Shown one piece after another: positions 1-9,597 of a DNA stretch of 64,000 nt. Made by a program: the position numbers and the translations under genes. The notes beneath the pieces were generated by a model. The model was given only the letters and a program-made list of their open reading frames with translations. It was not told the DNA's origin and searched no databases. Position 1 is the stretch's first letter, and the number at the start of each line of letters is the position of its first letter. The stretch lies in the IMG/VR virus record IMGVR_UViG_3300006339_000005, positions 32,001 to 96,000 of that record. One strand, given 5' to 3'. This stretch comes from a virus.

Positions 1-3000
1 ATTTATCCACAAATGCCGTTCTCAGGAACGTTTCCGATTACTAGAAAAGTTAGTGATACAGAATTTAACTTCTTCTTACCAGATAGTAATATCGACCACA
101 CTTATGTTAGTGGTGGTACAGTTAAAACAGTTACAGTTACTAATGTAGGTAATTCAACAAACATTACAGCATTTGATTATAACAACACAACTGGATACAC
201 AACTGTTGACTCTACGGCTCACGGATTAGCTGTAAATGATTATGTAAGAATTCAAAGTGTAAAAGTTTCTTGTACACAAGGAGAAAAGGTTTATCCTGAT
301 GCTCATTCAAGTTCAGCAATCTTTGTAGTTTACGATGTTCTTGGTCCTAATAGATTTGTTTATGCTATGGATAAGAGTACATTTGTTCACACTTATGTTA
401 GTGGTGGTATTGTACAAAAAATTACATACACAGCAACAGATTCTAAACCTATAAGTGCTTTTAGGTATGAACCAAAAGGACTTGTAAATGAGTACGGAAC
501 AAAACGTCCAAATTCAGGAGCATTTTTATCCTTAGATCCAAGTTGGGGACCAAATGATAACGAAGCGTTCATTCACTTAAAATCTCCTTACATTCAAAAC
601 GTTACTACAATAGGTGAAAAATGTGTTGGTTGTAAGATTGATGGTGACTTACACGCAGGCGGACTTGACTCTTTTGTTTGTAATGACTTTACGCAAATTG
701 TTGACGAAGGTATTTCTATATGGTGTACTAATTTAGGTAGAGTAGAACTTGTTTCGGTCTTTACATACTATGGACACATTGGATACTTTGCAGAAAACGG
801 TGGAAAAATTCGTGCTACAAACGGAAACAACTCCTATGGAGACTTTGGTTCAGTAGCAGAAGGTATTGACTTAACAGAAGAGGCAATTATAGCATACGTT
901 GACAATAGATCATATCAAGCAGTTATTGGTAATGTTATCGTTAACAACAATAGTATTATTGCAATTGAATACACTAATTGTGGACGAGATTATGTTTCAG
1001 CAAATACAAGTTATACATTTACAGGAGATGGTTACGGTATAACAGGAGCAACTGCGGTAACTGTTACTGGCGGTGTTTCACAAGTTAGACTACTTGGTAC
1101 TTCAAGTACATTTGGTGGTGCAGATTATATTACAGCTACTAATACAATTCAAGCTGGAACTGATACACAAATTACATTATCAAATACAGATACTGCTATA
1201 AGTTCAGCATACTTAGGAATGGCGATTGTACTTACAAGTGGTAAAGGTGCAGGACAAATTGCATACATTGATACATATGACGCGGCTACAAAAGTTGCTA
1301 CAGTTCTAAAACCAAACGACGATACTGCTGGTTGGAATCATATGACTGGTGCAACGATTGAAACATTATTAGATAATACAACAACATATAGTATTGAACC
1401 AAGAGTAACAATTACTGCTCCTAGCGGTGACGGATCAACAGCTACAGGTACTGCAAAAGGTAGAGCAAAAGTTGTAGATGGAAAAATAATTGAAGTTAGA
1501 CTTTATGATCCAGGTGCAAGTTATATTACTAAACCTACAGTAACATTTACTGATCCTAACAATACAGCAGAAGCATTATACGAAGTTTATCTTGGTGATG
1601 GTGCATTAACACAACCTACATTTACTGATCCAGGGACAGGATGGACAAGTGTAAGTGCTACTGTACTTGACGTAGGAGTAACTAAAAATATTACAGGTGT
1701 AACATATACAGCTAACCCATTTGCAGTATCATTACTTGAAGGAAATAAAGAATATATTAAAGACGAAGTTACTGCTTGGATTGATAATCAAATTGCAGGC
1801 GGTACTAATCCAAGTCTATGGCTTAACTTTGTACATGATAAAGTTAAATGTGAAAGAGATATTGGATTCTTAATTGATGCATTCGTTCACGATTTAAAAT
1901 ACGGAAGTAACAGAGATACAGTTACAGCCGCTCGAAGATATTGGATTGGATCTACCTTTGTTGGTGGTGAAACAACTCAAATAATTGCGGCATATGAACA
2001 AATGAGAATTATTATTTTAGATTATATCTTAGATAATACTTTATATGCTTCGTTACAAACTGTAACAACACAAATTACATATGGTAACAACGGTGAAGCA
2101 GGAGCTCAAACTAGATGTGCTGAATTAATTTCTATTATTACACACGTTGTTGCACACGGACTAGCAGTAATACCAGAAAGTGGCGGCGAAGGTTATGTAG
2201 ATATTACTGTTACAGGACATAATATTTTAAGTCAAACAAAAGTTAAAGTTGATGGTATTGTAGGAACACATCAATTAAATAACAATACTTTCTATGTTAA
2301 TGTTGTTGACGTTGATACTTTAAGATTATATATTGACGAAAACTTATTACATCCAGCAGTCGGAGATAACTTCACTACATATATTTCAGATGGTACAATT
2401 GTTCACGGTGCTGGTTATAGAGATGAAAAACAAAACGGAAAATATTTACAAGTTGAATCAATGTTAGCAATTCCTCAATCAGGAGCAAACATTGAATTTG
2501 CTACTGTACCAAATACGTGGTTTAAACTAGTTTCGGTTACAAACTTAACAGGAAGTAACCCTTATTCTGCACTATTACAATTGAGTCCAGATTTAACTAT
2601 TCCACAAGCACCACTACATGGTGAAAAGGTAACAATTAGAATTAGATACAGTCAAGTTCGACTAACAGGACACGACTTCTTACACGTTGGTACTGGTAAC
2701 TTTGTTAGCACAAACTATCCAGGACAACCTGCTGTATTAACAGATCAACTTGACGAAGCTGTTGATAGTGGTGGCGGGCGTGTATTCCTAACATCAACGG
2801 ATCAATCTGGTAACTTTAGAGTTGGTGATTTATTTACGGTTGAACAAGCTACAGGTATAGCAACCCTAAATGCAGATGCATTTAGTATTTCAGGATTACA
2901 AGAATTACAATTAGGTAGTGTTGAACTTGGTACTGCTGGTGCTACTATTAATGAGTTTAGTACAGATGGCACATTTACAGCAAATAGTGATCAAATTGTT

Positions 3001-3216
3001 CCTACGCAACGTGCAATTAAGACATTTATTACGTCCCAAATTGGTGGCGGTGCATCGGAATTGAACGTAAATAGTGTAACAGCAGGTATTATTAATATTC
3101 AAGGCAACACAATCACTACAACGACGGGTGCTAGAATAAATACAACTGCAACAATGCATTTCTCAGCTGGAGTAAGTGGAGCCCCTGTAGCGATGCAACA
3201 GTTTTTACTGAGTTAA
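1..3216 (+). CDS. Large tail-fibre/virion structural protein, 5'-truncated by the window edge
   Basis: Frame +1 is open from base 1 (att tat cca caa atg), so the true start is upstream. Thr/Gly-rich. Has HTYVSGG/HGL..C..G.K.YP repeats shared with 13886..26413, a beta-helix-like stretch (KSPYIQNVTTIG...ATNGNNSYGDFGSVAEG) and one helical KCERD module. Confidence 0.75.
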   Translation: MYPQMPFSGTFPITRKVSDTEFNFFLPDSNIDHTYVSGGTVKTVTVTNVGNSTNITAFDYNNTTGYTTVDSTAHGLAVNDYVRIQSVKVSCTQGEKVYPDAHSSSAIFVVYDVLGPNRFVYAMDKSTFVHTYVSGGIVQKITYTATDSKPISAFRYEPKGLVNEYGTKRPNSGAFLSLDPSWGPNDNEAFIHLKSPYIQNVTTIGEKCVGCKIDGDLHAGGLDSFVCNDFTQIVDEGISIWCTNLGRVELVSVFTYYGHIGYFAENGGKIRATNGNNSYGDFGSVAEGIDLTEEAIIAYVDNRSYQAVIGNVIVNNNSIIAIEYTNCGRDYVSANTSYTFTGDGYGITGATAVTVTGGVSQVRLLGTSSTFGGADYITATNTIQAGTDTQITLSNTDTAISSAYLGMAIVLTSGKGAGQIAYIDTYDAATKVATVLKPNDDTAGWNHMTGATIETLLDNTTTYSIEPRVTITAPSGDGSTATGTAKGRAKVVDGKIIEVRLYDPGASYITKPTVTFTDPNNTAEALYEVYLGDGALTQPTFTDPGTGWTSVSATVLDVGVTKNITGVTYTANPFAVSLLEGNKEYIKDEVTAWIDNQIAGGTNPSLWLNFVHDKVKCERDIGFLIDAFVHDLKYGSNRDTVTAARRYWIGSTFVGGETTQIIAAYEQMRIIILDYILDNTLYASLQTVTTQITYGNNGEAGAQTRCAELISIITHVVAHGLAVIPESGGEGYVDITVTGHNILSQTKVKVDGIVGTHQLNNNTFYVNVVDVDTLRLYIDENLLHPAVGDNFTTYISDGTIVHGAGYRDEKQNGKYLQVESMLAIPQSGANIEFATVPNTWFKLVSVTNLTGSNPYSALLQLSPDLTIPQAPLHGEKVTIRIRYSQVRLTGHDFLHVGTGNFVSTNYPGQPAVLTDQLDEAVDSGGGRVFLTSTDQSGNFRVGDLFTVEQATGIATLNADAFSISGLQELQLGSVELGTAGATINEFSTDGTFTANSDQIVPTQRAIKTFITSQIGGGASELNVNSVTAGIINIQGNTITTTTGARINTTATMHFSAGVSGAPVAMQQFLLS

Positions 3217-3228
3217 AGGAGAGAATAA

Positions 3229-3549
3229 ATGGCCACAGGACGATTAGGAATAGCAGATTTGGCGGCAGGCGCAAATACGTCTCTTTATACCGTTCCGGCT
3301 AACACTTTTTCAATTGTTAGTTTAAATATGGTAAACAGAGGATATTCTGCTTTAGCCGTTAGAGTTGCAGTTTGTAGTACAGCTACACCAACTGATGCTG
3401 AATGGATAGAGTATGATGTTGAGCTTCTGTCAAAAGGAGTGCTAGAAAGAACAGGTATTGCATTGGCGGCAGGGCAAATACTTGTAGTATATGCGAGTGC
3501 CGTAAGTGTAAGTGCAGTTTGTTTCGGAATTGAAACTTCGACTGCATAA
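3229..3549 (+). CDS. Small virion structural protein (106 aa)
   Basis: SD AAGGAG upstream; beta-rich small protein in the tail-fibre operon. Confidence 0.6.
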   Translation: MATGRLGIADLAAGANTSLYTVPANTFSIVSLNMVNRGYSALAVRVAVCSTATPTDAEWIEYDVELLSKGVLERTGIALAAGQILVVYASAVSVSAVCFGIETSTA

Positions 3550-3580
3550 GATAAATATAAACAGTTAAAGGATAAACACA

Positions 3581-3913
3581 ATGGGAAGATACATATCAAC
3601 AACAGGAACGTCGAGTGCGGTACTTGTGGAGAAATCTACTACGTACACGGCCAAAGTTAATGAAAGAGTCTTAGCCAATACATCAGGCGGAGCGTGGACT
3701 TTAACGCTTCCAGTTAGTACTTCGTTGTTGATAAACGACGTTGTGCAAGTCATTGATCCTACAGGTAATTTTGCAACAAACAATTTAACCGTAGCGAGAA
3801 ATGGGGCGAAGATCCAAAACCTGAATGAAGATTTGACCATGAACATTAACAACGTAGCTATTACCTTTATATACACAGGTAGTACTTATGGTTGGGTAAT
3901 GTCTGGTACATAA
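3581..3913 (+). CDS. Small tail-fibre/baseplate-associated protein (110 aa)
   Basis: GATAAATA promoter and AAGGA SD upstream; ANTSGGAWTLTLP...D..G.F..NNLTV.RNG motif typical of T4-like fibre/baseplate domains. Confidence 0.6.
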   Translation: MGRYISTTGTSSAVLVEKSTTYTAKVNERVLANTSGGAWTLTLPVSTSLLINDVVQVIDPTGNFATNNLTVARNGAKIQNLNEDLTMNINNVAITFIYTGSTYGWVMSGT

Positions 3914-3935
3914 TATAAAGAAGAGGACGCTTTAG

Positions 3936-4682
3936 ATGTCAGACTTGAGATCGTTAATGTCAGATATTATAGGAGGTGGTGGAACACCCACTAAAATCTT
4001 CTATGTCTACAATAACAATAGAGGTATGAGCAACGGTGGTTGTTGTTGCTACTGGACTGTTCCGGTTGGTATTAAAAACGCTACGTTTGAAGTATGGGGC
4101 GGCGGCGGTGCTGGCAGTGGAGCGTGTTGTTGCCAATGGGGTCAAGATGGAGCTGGAACAGGTGCGTATGCAATTACACACGTTACATCTTCAACACTAG
4201 AAGGTAATACATATACAATTTGTGCGGCAGGTAACGGAAGTTGTTGTCAAGCTCATTGTTTAGGATATACAGGTTACAAAAGTTATGTTACAGGCTCAAG
4301 CATTCCGGCTACTTGTGCGAATGGTGGTTGCGGTGGAACAACTATGTGTCACGCTCACCATGCCTACAATTGCTGTTATGGATGGAATTGTATAGAAACA
4401 GGAACTGCAGGTACTTTTAAATTGGGTATAGGACGTGATCATACAATGAACACGCAATATTGTCACAATCAAATGTGGGACCAAGTTGGTGGTGGAGTTA
4501 AGTCAAGTATGAGTAGAAAAGGACGAGATCTTTGCCACGGTCCAATGGTTTGTTCAGGATGTGGTTGGGGTTGTTCAGATGACTATCCATCAGGCGGAAG
4601 TTTTAATGCAACTGTTTGTGGAAATCCATGTTGCTGGGGACAATGGTCCTCAGGAGGAATGGTCAAAATTAGCTATAGTTAA
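3936..4682 (+). CDS. Cys/Gly-rich virion protein, paralogue 1 (about 24 Cys)
   Basis: CCC.W.VP.G...ATFEVWGGGG.G.G.CCC motif shared with 5470..6240 and 6251..7051. Confidence 0.7.
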   Translation: MSDLRSLMSDIIGGGGTPTKIFYVYNNNRGMSNGGCCCYWTVPVGIKNATFEVWGGGGAGSGACCCQWGQDGAGTGAYAITHVTSSTLEGNTYTICAAGNGSCCQAHCLGYTGYKSYVTGSSIPATCANGGCGGTTMCHAHHAYNCCYGWNCIETGTAGTFKLGIGRDHTMNTQYCHNQMWDQVGGGVKSSMSRKGRDLCHGPMVCSGCGWGCSDDYPSGGSFNATVCGNPCCWGQWSSGGMVKISYS

Positions 4683-4729
4683 ATTATGGACCTAATAAAG
4701 AAGGATAAATATTAAAAAGGAAAAGACTT

Positions 4730-5455
4730 ATGAAGCAAATTACAAAAGATTTTACATACGATATAGCCGATGGTTATTTGGAGCAAACAAATACTAACGG
4801 TGATACCGCGACTGCTTCTTATACAGGTCCAGAAAAGTTGTGGGTCTTTGTAGCAGAAGCAACAGGCGAGAATAAAAGCGATGCTATGCCGATCGATGAA
4901 AACTGGGAAGATAATGGAATGCCAGCACCAGACGGTGAAACGAAAGTTGAACTAGATTGTGCCGGAGAAGACACTTTGATATGTGCAATATTCCTACCAC
5001 ACACAGTTACACTTACACAAGAAGGTATTGAACGAGCATTACCAGAAGGTTATGGAAAATACGTTCACCCGTGGCCTCCATATCCAGATCACGCTTACGA
5101 AAGAGAATTAATTAAATATAAAGCCGACACAGCAGATGTTTCAGATAGTACTGATGCTGTACATAAAAACGGTGACTGGGAATTAACATGGAAGCAACCG
5201 TGGATGACTTGGGCTACAATGACCGAACTTAGAGACGGTTTATTAGATATGAGTGATGCTAAAGTATCATTCGATCAACCAGCAAGTGTTAAAGATCCGT
5301 GGGTTGAATGGCGTCAAAAACTTAGAGAGATTCCAGTAACGTTTAAAAGAGGCGAAGCTGACGAATATCCAGCACACATGGTTAAATTTCCACCAGAACC
5401 AACAAAAGGTGGATATGCTGAACCACCACACCCTGATGGCGAAGGAATAGGTTAA
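4730..5455 (+). CDS. Tail fibre assembly chaperone-like protein 1
   Basis: W..WRQKLREIP matches the W..YR..LRD.P signature of phage tail assembly chaperones; follows a fibre-like gene. Confidence 0.6.
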   Translation: MKQITKDFTYDIADGYLEQTNTNGDTATASYTGPEKLWVFVAEATGENKSDAMPIDENWEDNGMPAPDGETKVELDCAGEDTLICAIFLPHTVTLTQEGIERALPEGYGKYVHPWPPYPDHAYERELIKYKADTADVSDSTDAVHKNGDWELTWKQPWMTWATMTELRDGLLDMSDAKVSFDQPASVKDPWVEWRQKLREIPVTFKRGEADEYPAHMVKFPPEPTKGGYAEPPHPDGEGIG

Positions 5456-5469
5456 GGAGAATATAATTA

Positions 5470-6240
5470 ATGTCCGCATTAAGAACTTTACTTGAATTAG
5501 GAACCGACATCGGAGCAAAAGCGTTCAAATCAATTTACGTTTTTCACTCTAGCTTCGATACTACTAGAGATAGTAATCCAGGATGTTGTTGTCTATGGAC
5601 AGTTCCAGCAGATACACCTTGGGCGGCATTTGAAGTTTGGGGAGCAGGCGGAGACGGCGGCGGAGTATGTTGCTGTATGCAAGGCTTTGCCGGAGGTGCA
5701 GGAAGTTACGGACGTAAAATGCTTGAAACCACAGCAGGTGCAACCTTTACATTATGTTCAGGCTCAGCAGGATGTTGCCGACCAACTAATACAGGATGTC
5801 CAGGTTGTGGAAGTTACGCTTGTTCGGCAACTGGTTGTTGTGATGGAACATACTTTTGTTTATGTGCATCAGGCGGTGCTTACGGTCGTTCAGACTGTCA
5901 CTTTGGAGCGGCTTCAGGAACATATTGTGGATGCCCAACTTACGTTTGCGGATGTGTAAACGGATCAGACTTTTCAGTTTGTGGACACAATGGCGGCGGA
6001 GCAGGTACATCAATGTGTGCAAGTTCGTCCTTTCAATTAATACAATCTGCACCGATGGCACAAACAGGTGCAAGAATGAGCAGAGACCAGTGTTATAAAA
6101 CATATGGTAGAGAACAAGGCGGTCCAGCTACTTTCCCAGGCGGCGGTGGCGCAACAGGAAATACACACGATGGTACTTGTTACTGTGGTGGACCAGGAGC
6201 AGGAGGATTGGTTGTTGTATACTATACATCCGATCTATAA
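5470..6240 (+). CDS. Cys/Gly-rich virion protein, paralogue 2 (about 26 Cys)
   Basis: Same motif set as paralogue 1; SD AAGGAG. Confidence 0.7.
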   Translation: MSALRTLLELGTDIGAKAFKSIYVFHSSFDTTRDSNPGCCCLWTVPADTPWAAFEVWGAGGDGGGVCCCMQGFAGGAGSYGRKMLETTAGATFTLCSGSAGCCRPTNTGCPGCGSYACSATGCCDGTYFCLCASGGAYGRSDCHFGAASGTYCGCPTYVCGCVNGSDFSVCGHNGGGAGTSMCASSSFQLIQSAPMAQTGARMSRDQCYKTYGREQGGPATFPGGGGATGNTHDGTCYCGGPGAGGLVVVYYTSDL

Positions 6241-6250
6241 GGGATAAACT

Positions 6251-7051
6251 ATGTCAGAATTAAAACAATTTTTACCAGGCTATGCTGTTTCGACAACACC
6301 GCCACAAGCATTTACAGTATCCTATGAATGGAACTGGGATCATAATGAATCGTGGCCACGCCAAGCACACGGAACACCTCCTACATCAAGATATTGTTGT
6401 CCAGGCAACGGCGGAAAATGTTGTTATTGGGCGGCGCCGGCAGGATCAAGTTACGTAGTTTTTGAAATGTGGGGCGGAGGTTCGTCAGGCTCTGGTGCGT
6501 GTTGCTGTATGGAAGGTTATTCGGCAGACTCAGGAAGTTATGGTGTTAAAAGTACTCCAATAGTAGCAGGTGATATGTTCACAATTTGTGCAGGAGCTTC
6601 AACTTGTTGTAGACCTAATGAAACAAATTATCCCGGATGTAACAGTTATGTTATGGGAACTCCGACAGGATTAAGTTGCTTTTGTGCAACTGCTTGTGGA
6701 GGACTATGTACAAACTGTTCTCAATGTCATGGATACTATGGATGTTATAGTTGTTGTATGAACTGTTATAACTGTTCGCAACAACCTAATAATGTTGACT
6801 TTGGAATTTCAGGAATTAAAGGATCAGCACAACGCTCACAGCATTGTGGTGATAGAGGATTACAATATATACCAGTTGCACCAATGGCTTCATCAGGACC
6901 AAGAATGGCCGGAAATGGTTGTTGCGTAAGAGGCGGCGATATGTTTGGCTCATGGCCAGGTGGGGCAGGAGCATCATCTCAAGCACAAGGTGGTGGATGT
7001 TGCTGTGGTTCACCAGGAGCAGGCGGGGCAGTTTATGTCTTGTACTACTAG
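6251..7051 (+). CDS. Cys/Gly-rich virion protein, paralogue 3 (about 28 Cys)
   Basis: Same motif set; C-terminal CCCGSPGAGGAVYVLYY. Confidence 0.7.
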   Translation: MSELKQFLPGYAVSTTPPQAFTVSYEWNWDHNESWPRQAHGTPPTSRYCCPGNGGKCCYWAAPAGSSYVVFEMWGGGSSGSGACCCMEGYSADSGSYGVKSTPIVAGDMFTICAGASTCCRPNETNYPGCNSYVMGTPTGLSCFCATACGGLCTNCSQCHGYYGCYSCCMNCYNCSQQPNNVDFGISGIKGSAQRSQHCGDRGLQYIPVAPMASSGPRMAGNGCCVRGGDMFGSWPGGAGASSQAQGGGCCCGSPGAGGAVYVLYY

Positions 7052-7059
7052 GATAAACA

Positions 7060-8547
7060 ATGGCTTATAAACAAATAGAACTTAAATTTTCATATGATAT
7101 GCCAGATGCATATCTTTCACAATCTTTTAGTGAAGGTAAAAAAGGAAGTCATACATATAAAGGTCCAGAAAAATTATGGATTTTTATGGACAAGATGACA
7201 AACGTAAGAGCTGGCTCTCCCGGAAAAAACGATATAGAACCTGATTATGTACCACCAGCACATACTTACAAAGTATTAATTGATTGTGTTACAGATCCTT
7301 TAATTTGTGAATTACTAGAAACTGATGTTGATGATTTATTTTTAGACAACAGACCTTATATTGAAGAAACATTACCAGTAAAAAGAAAAAATGGTGAATT
7401 CTTTACACACGCAGAACCAGAATTTCCAACACCAGATCATACTTATGAAATAGCAAAGATAGAATTTAATCCAACCGGGCATGATACTAAAACAGGAGTA
7501 GGCGGAACTTGGGTTTATCCTTTACCTTTAAAAAAGCCACACGTTAGTTGGTACTCATTAAAGAAAACTCGCTGGAGTAGATTAAGTGGAAGTGATGGGC
7601 ACGTACACGATGATATGCCAGCGGCTTTACAAGAGGCATGGATTGACTATAGAAAAATTCTTAGGGAAATTCCACAACTATATGGGGCTTCATTTGATAT
7701 AAGCATTGATGCAGGCGGAACAGATTATGCTAAAGGCGATAAATTTGTTGTACCAGCATCAGTATTTGGATTTAAAGAAGGCGATCTTGGAGAACCAGAT
7801 GACCTTTGCCAACCTAGGGGATGGCGACCAGGATTTGATCACTATGATGAATCATTAACACACCGTGGAGATATTCCAAAAAAGACAGATGCCAAAACAG
7901 CTATTTTGGAAGTACCAGGTATAAGAATGGTAGGTGATAATCCAGAAATTCCAGAAGGTATTATTGCAGAAGTTCCACTAACAGAAGCAACACCAGGTAT
8001 TAAACTAGGTGAAGCTATTAGTGGTGAAAAAATGACACTTGACCTTACAGTTATTGTTGAAGCAGTAGATGGTGATGGTGCTATTACTGAAGTAAGAACA
8101 CGTAATGCATTTATGGGCAGACATATTAAAGAAGCACAAACACACGATACACCAACATATACTACAGAAGCTACAGGAACCGGCTTTAAATTTACTTTAT
8201 CTAAAGTAAAACGCATTGAACCTTGGAAATGTAGATTTCCAGATGCTCCTAATGATAGAGAAGCACAATGGGAAGGTAAACGAATTCATCATTATATGAG
8301 TGATGAAGAACGTGATGATCCTAGTGATGGACGTTTTATGGAACACAGATATCACCCTTTGACACACCACTTTATTCCACCAGAACAGGATGGTAATTAT
8401 TTTGCTAAAGACCTAAAACGCTTAGGTTTAAGCACCAACGACACATCATTTGATGATGGCATCACTGATGCACTACCAGCCGCACCTTCAAGCCCTTCAG
8501 GCAAAATTAGGGTAGCTGGAACTATTACAGCCAGAAAACAATCCTAA
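7060..8547 (+). CDS. Tail fibre assembly chaperone-like protein 2 with an internal insertion
   Basis: N-terminus parallels 4730..5455 (F.YD..D.YL.Q...G......Y.GPEKLW.F); AWIDYRKILREIP motif. Confidence 0.6.
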   Translation: MAYKQIELKFSYDMPDAYLSQSFSEGKKGSHTYKGPEKLWIFMDKMTNVRAGSPGKNDIEPDYVPPAHTYKVLIDCVTDPLICELLETDVDDLFLDNRPYIEETLPVKRKNGEFFTHAEPEFPTPDHTYEIAKIEFNPTGHDTKTGVGGTWVYPLPLKKPHVSWYSLKKTRWSRLSGSDGHVHDDMPAALQEAWIDYRKILREIPQLYGASFDISIDAGGTDYAKGDKFVVPASVFGFKEGDLGEPDDLCQPRGWRPGFDHYDESLTHRGDIPKKTDAKTAILEVPGIRMVGDNPEIPEGIIAEVPLTEATPGIKLGEAISGEKMTLDLTVIVEAVDGDGAITEVRTRNAFMGRHIKEAQTHDTPTYTTEATGTGFKFTLSKVKRIEPWKCRFPDAPNDREAQWEGKRIHHYMSDEERDDPSDGRFMEHRYHPLTHHFIPPEQDGNYFAKDLKRLGLSTNDTSFDDGITDALPAAPSSPSGKIRVAGTITARKQS

Positions 8548-8576
8548 TAAACCTAAATCCTTTAAATATTTGAACG

Positions 8577-8593
8577 TACACTTACCAAGTGTA
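8577..8593. promoter_or_regulatory. Perfect palindrome TACACTT-acc-AAGTGTA, possible operator or hairpin
   Basis: 7-bp inverted arms with a 3-nt spacer in the intergenic region before the GT9 operon. Confidence 0.35.
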
Positions 8594-8619
8594 TTATACT
8601 CTATTATAAAGGATAACGG

Positions 8620-9597
8620 ATGTCAGAAAAACGAAATACAGCTATTTTTATTAACGGCGGTGCCGGTCGTGTAATAGCATCTATTCCAGCTTTAGAAAAA
8701 TTTGCAGAAGAAAATCCTGATGATGATTTTGTAATAGTTTGTGAAGGTGGTACAGACTTCTATAAAGGACATTCAACTCTTCACGCTAGAGCATACGATG
8801 TTTGGCACAAAAATTTATTCCAAGAAAAATTAATTAATATGACATTATGTACACCCGAACCATATCGTGTTTGGGAGTATTATAATCAACAATGCAGTAT
8901 TGCTGAAGCATATGATATCGGCATTAACAATAAAGGCTTACGAGAACTCCCACGTCCAAGAATTAAACTTAATAGACAAGAACAAATGTTTGGACAACAA
9001 CTTATTAATGAAGTTAAAGAAAAAACTAAAAAAGATAAAGTTATAGTCTTTCAACCATATGGTAGGGCAGTTCAAAACCAAGATGGCATGGTATCAGACT
9101 TTAGTGGACGAAGTTTTGAAGCTGATAATGCCGTAAGTCTTGTTAGAACTCTGTCAGAGAAAGTTGGAATAATTCATATGGCAGAATTTCATATGGATTT
9201 TAGTAAACATAATGTAAAAAATCCTATTGCTTGTCCACAAGGTGCAGACTTAAGAGCATGGGCTGGTATAATATGGGCGGCTGATTATTTCTTAGGTTGT
9301 GATAGTGCTGGACAACATATAGTTCATGCATTAGAGAAAAAATGTACAGTTGTTATAGGATCGACTTTTTCTAAAAATGTTTCTTATCCAGACGATAAAA
9401 ACTTTGACATTTTAGATATGGGATCAGGAAAAAGAGTTTATTCTCCTATTCGTATTACTACAGATGAATATTCAGATAGAGTCAACGATGGTATTATGGC
9501 AATGAATGATAAAATAGAAAATGTTATTATAGAATCTGTAATGAACGGTATTAAAGGAAAAAAGAAAGTCGGTTCTAAATACACAAAGGAAAAATAG
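8620..9597 (+). CDS. Glycosyltransferase family 9 (heptosyltransferase-like)
   Basis: GGAGRVIASIPAL N-terminus and DYFLGCDSAGQHIVHAL motif resemble GT9 (GD.....P.L; G.DSG..H.A.A). Confidence 0.65.
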   Translation: MSEKRNTAIFINGGAGRVIASIPALEKFAEENPDDDFVIVCEGGTDFYKGHSTLHARAYDVWHKNLFQEKLINMTLCTPEPYRVWEYYNQQCSIAEAYDIGINNKGLRELPRPRIKLNRQEQMFGQQLINEVKEKTKKDKVIVFQPYGRAVQNQDGMVSDFSGRSFEADNAVSLVRTLSEKVGIIHMAEFHMDFSKHNVKNPIACPQGADLRAWAGIIWAADYFLGCDSAGQHIVHALEKKCTVVIGSTFSKNVSYPDDKNFDILDMGSGKRVYSPIRITTDEYSDRVNDGIMAMNDKIENVIIESVMNGIKGKKKVGSKYTKEK

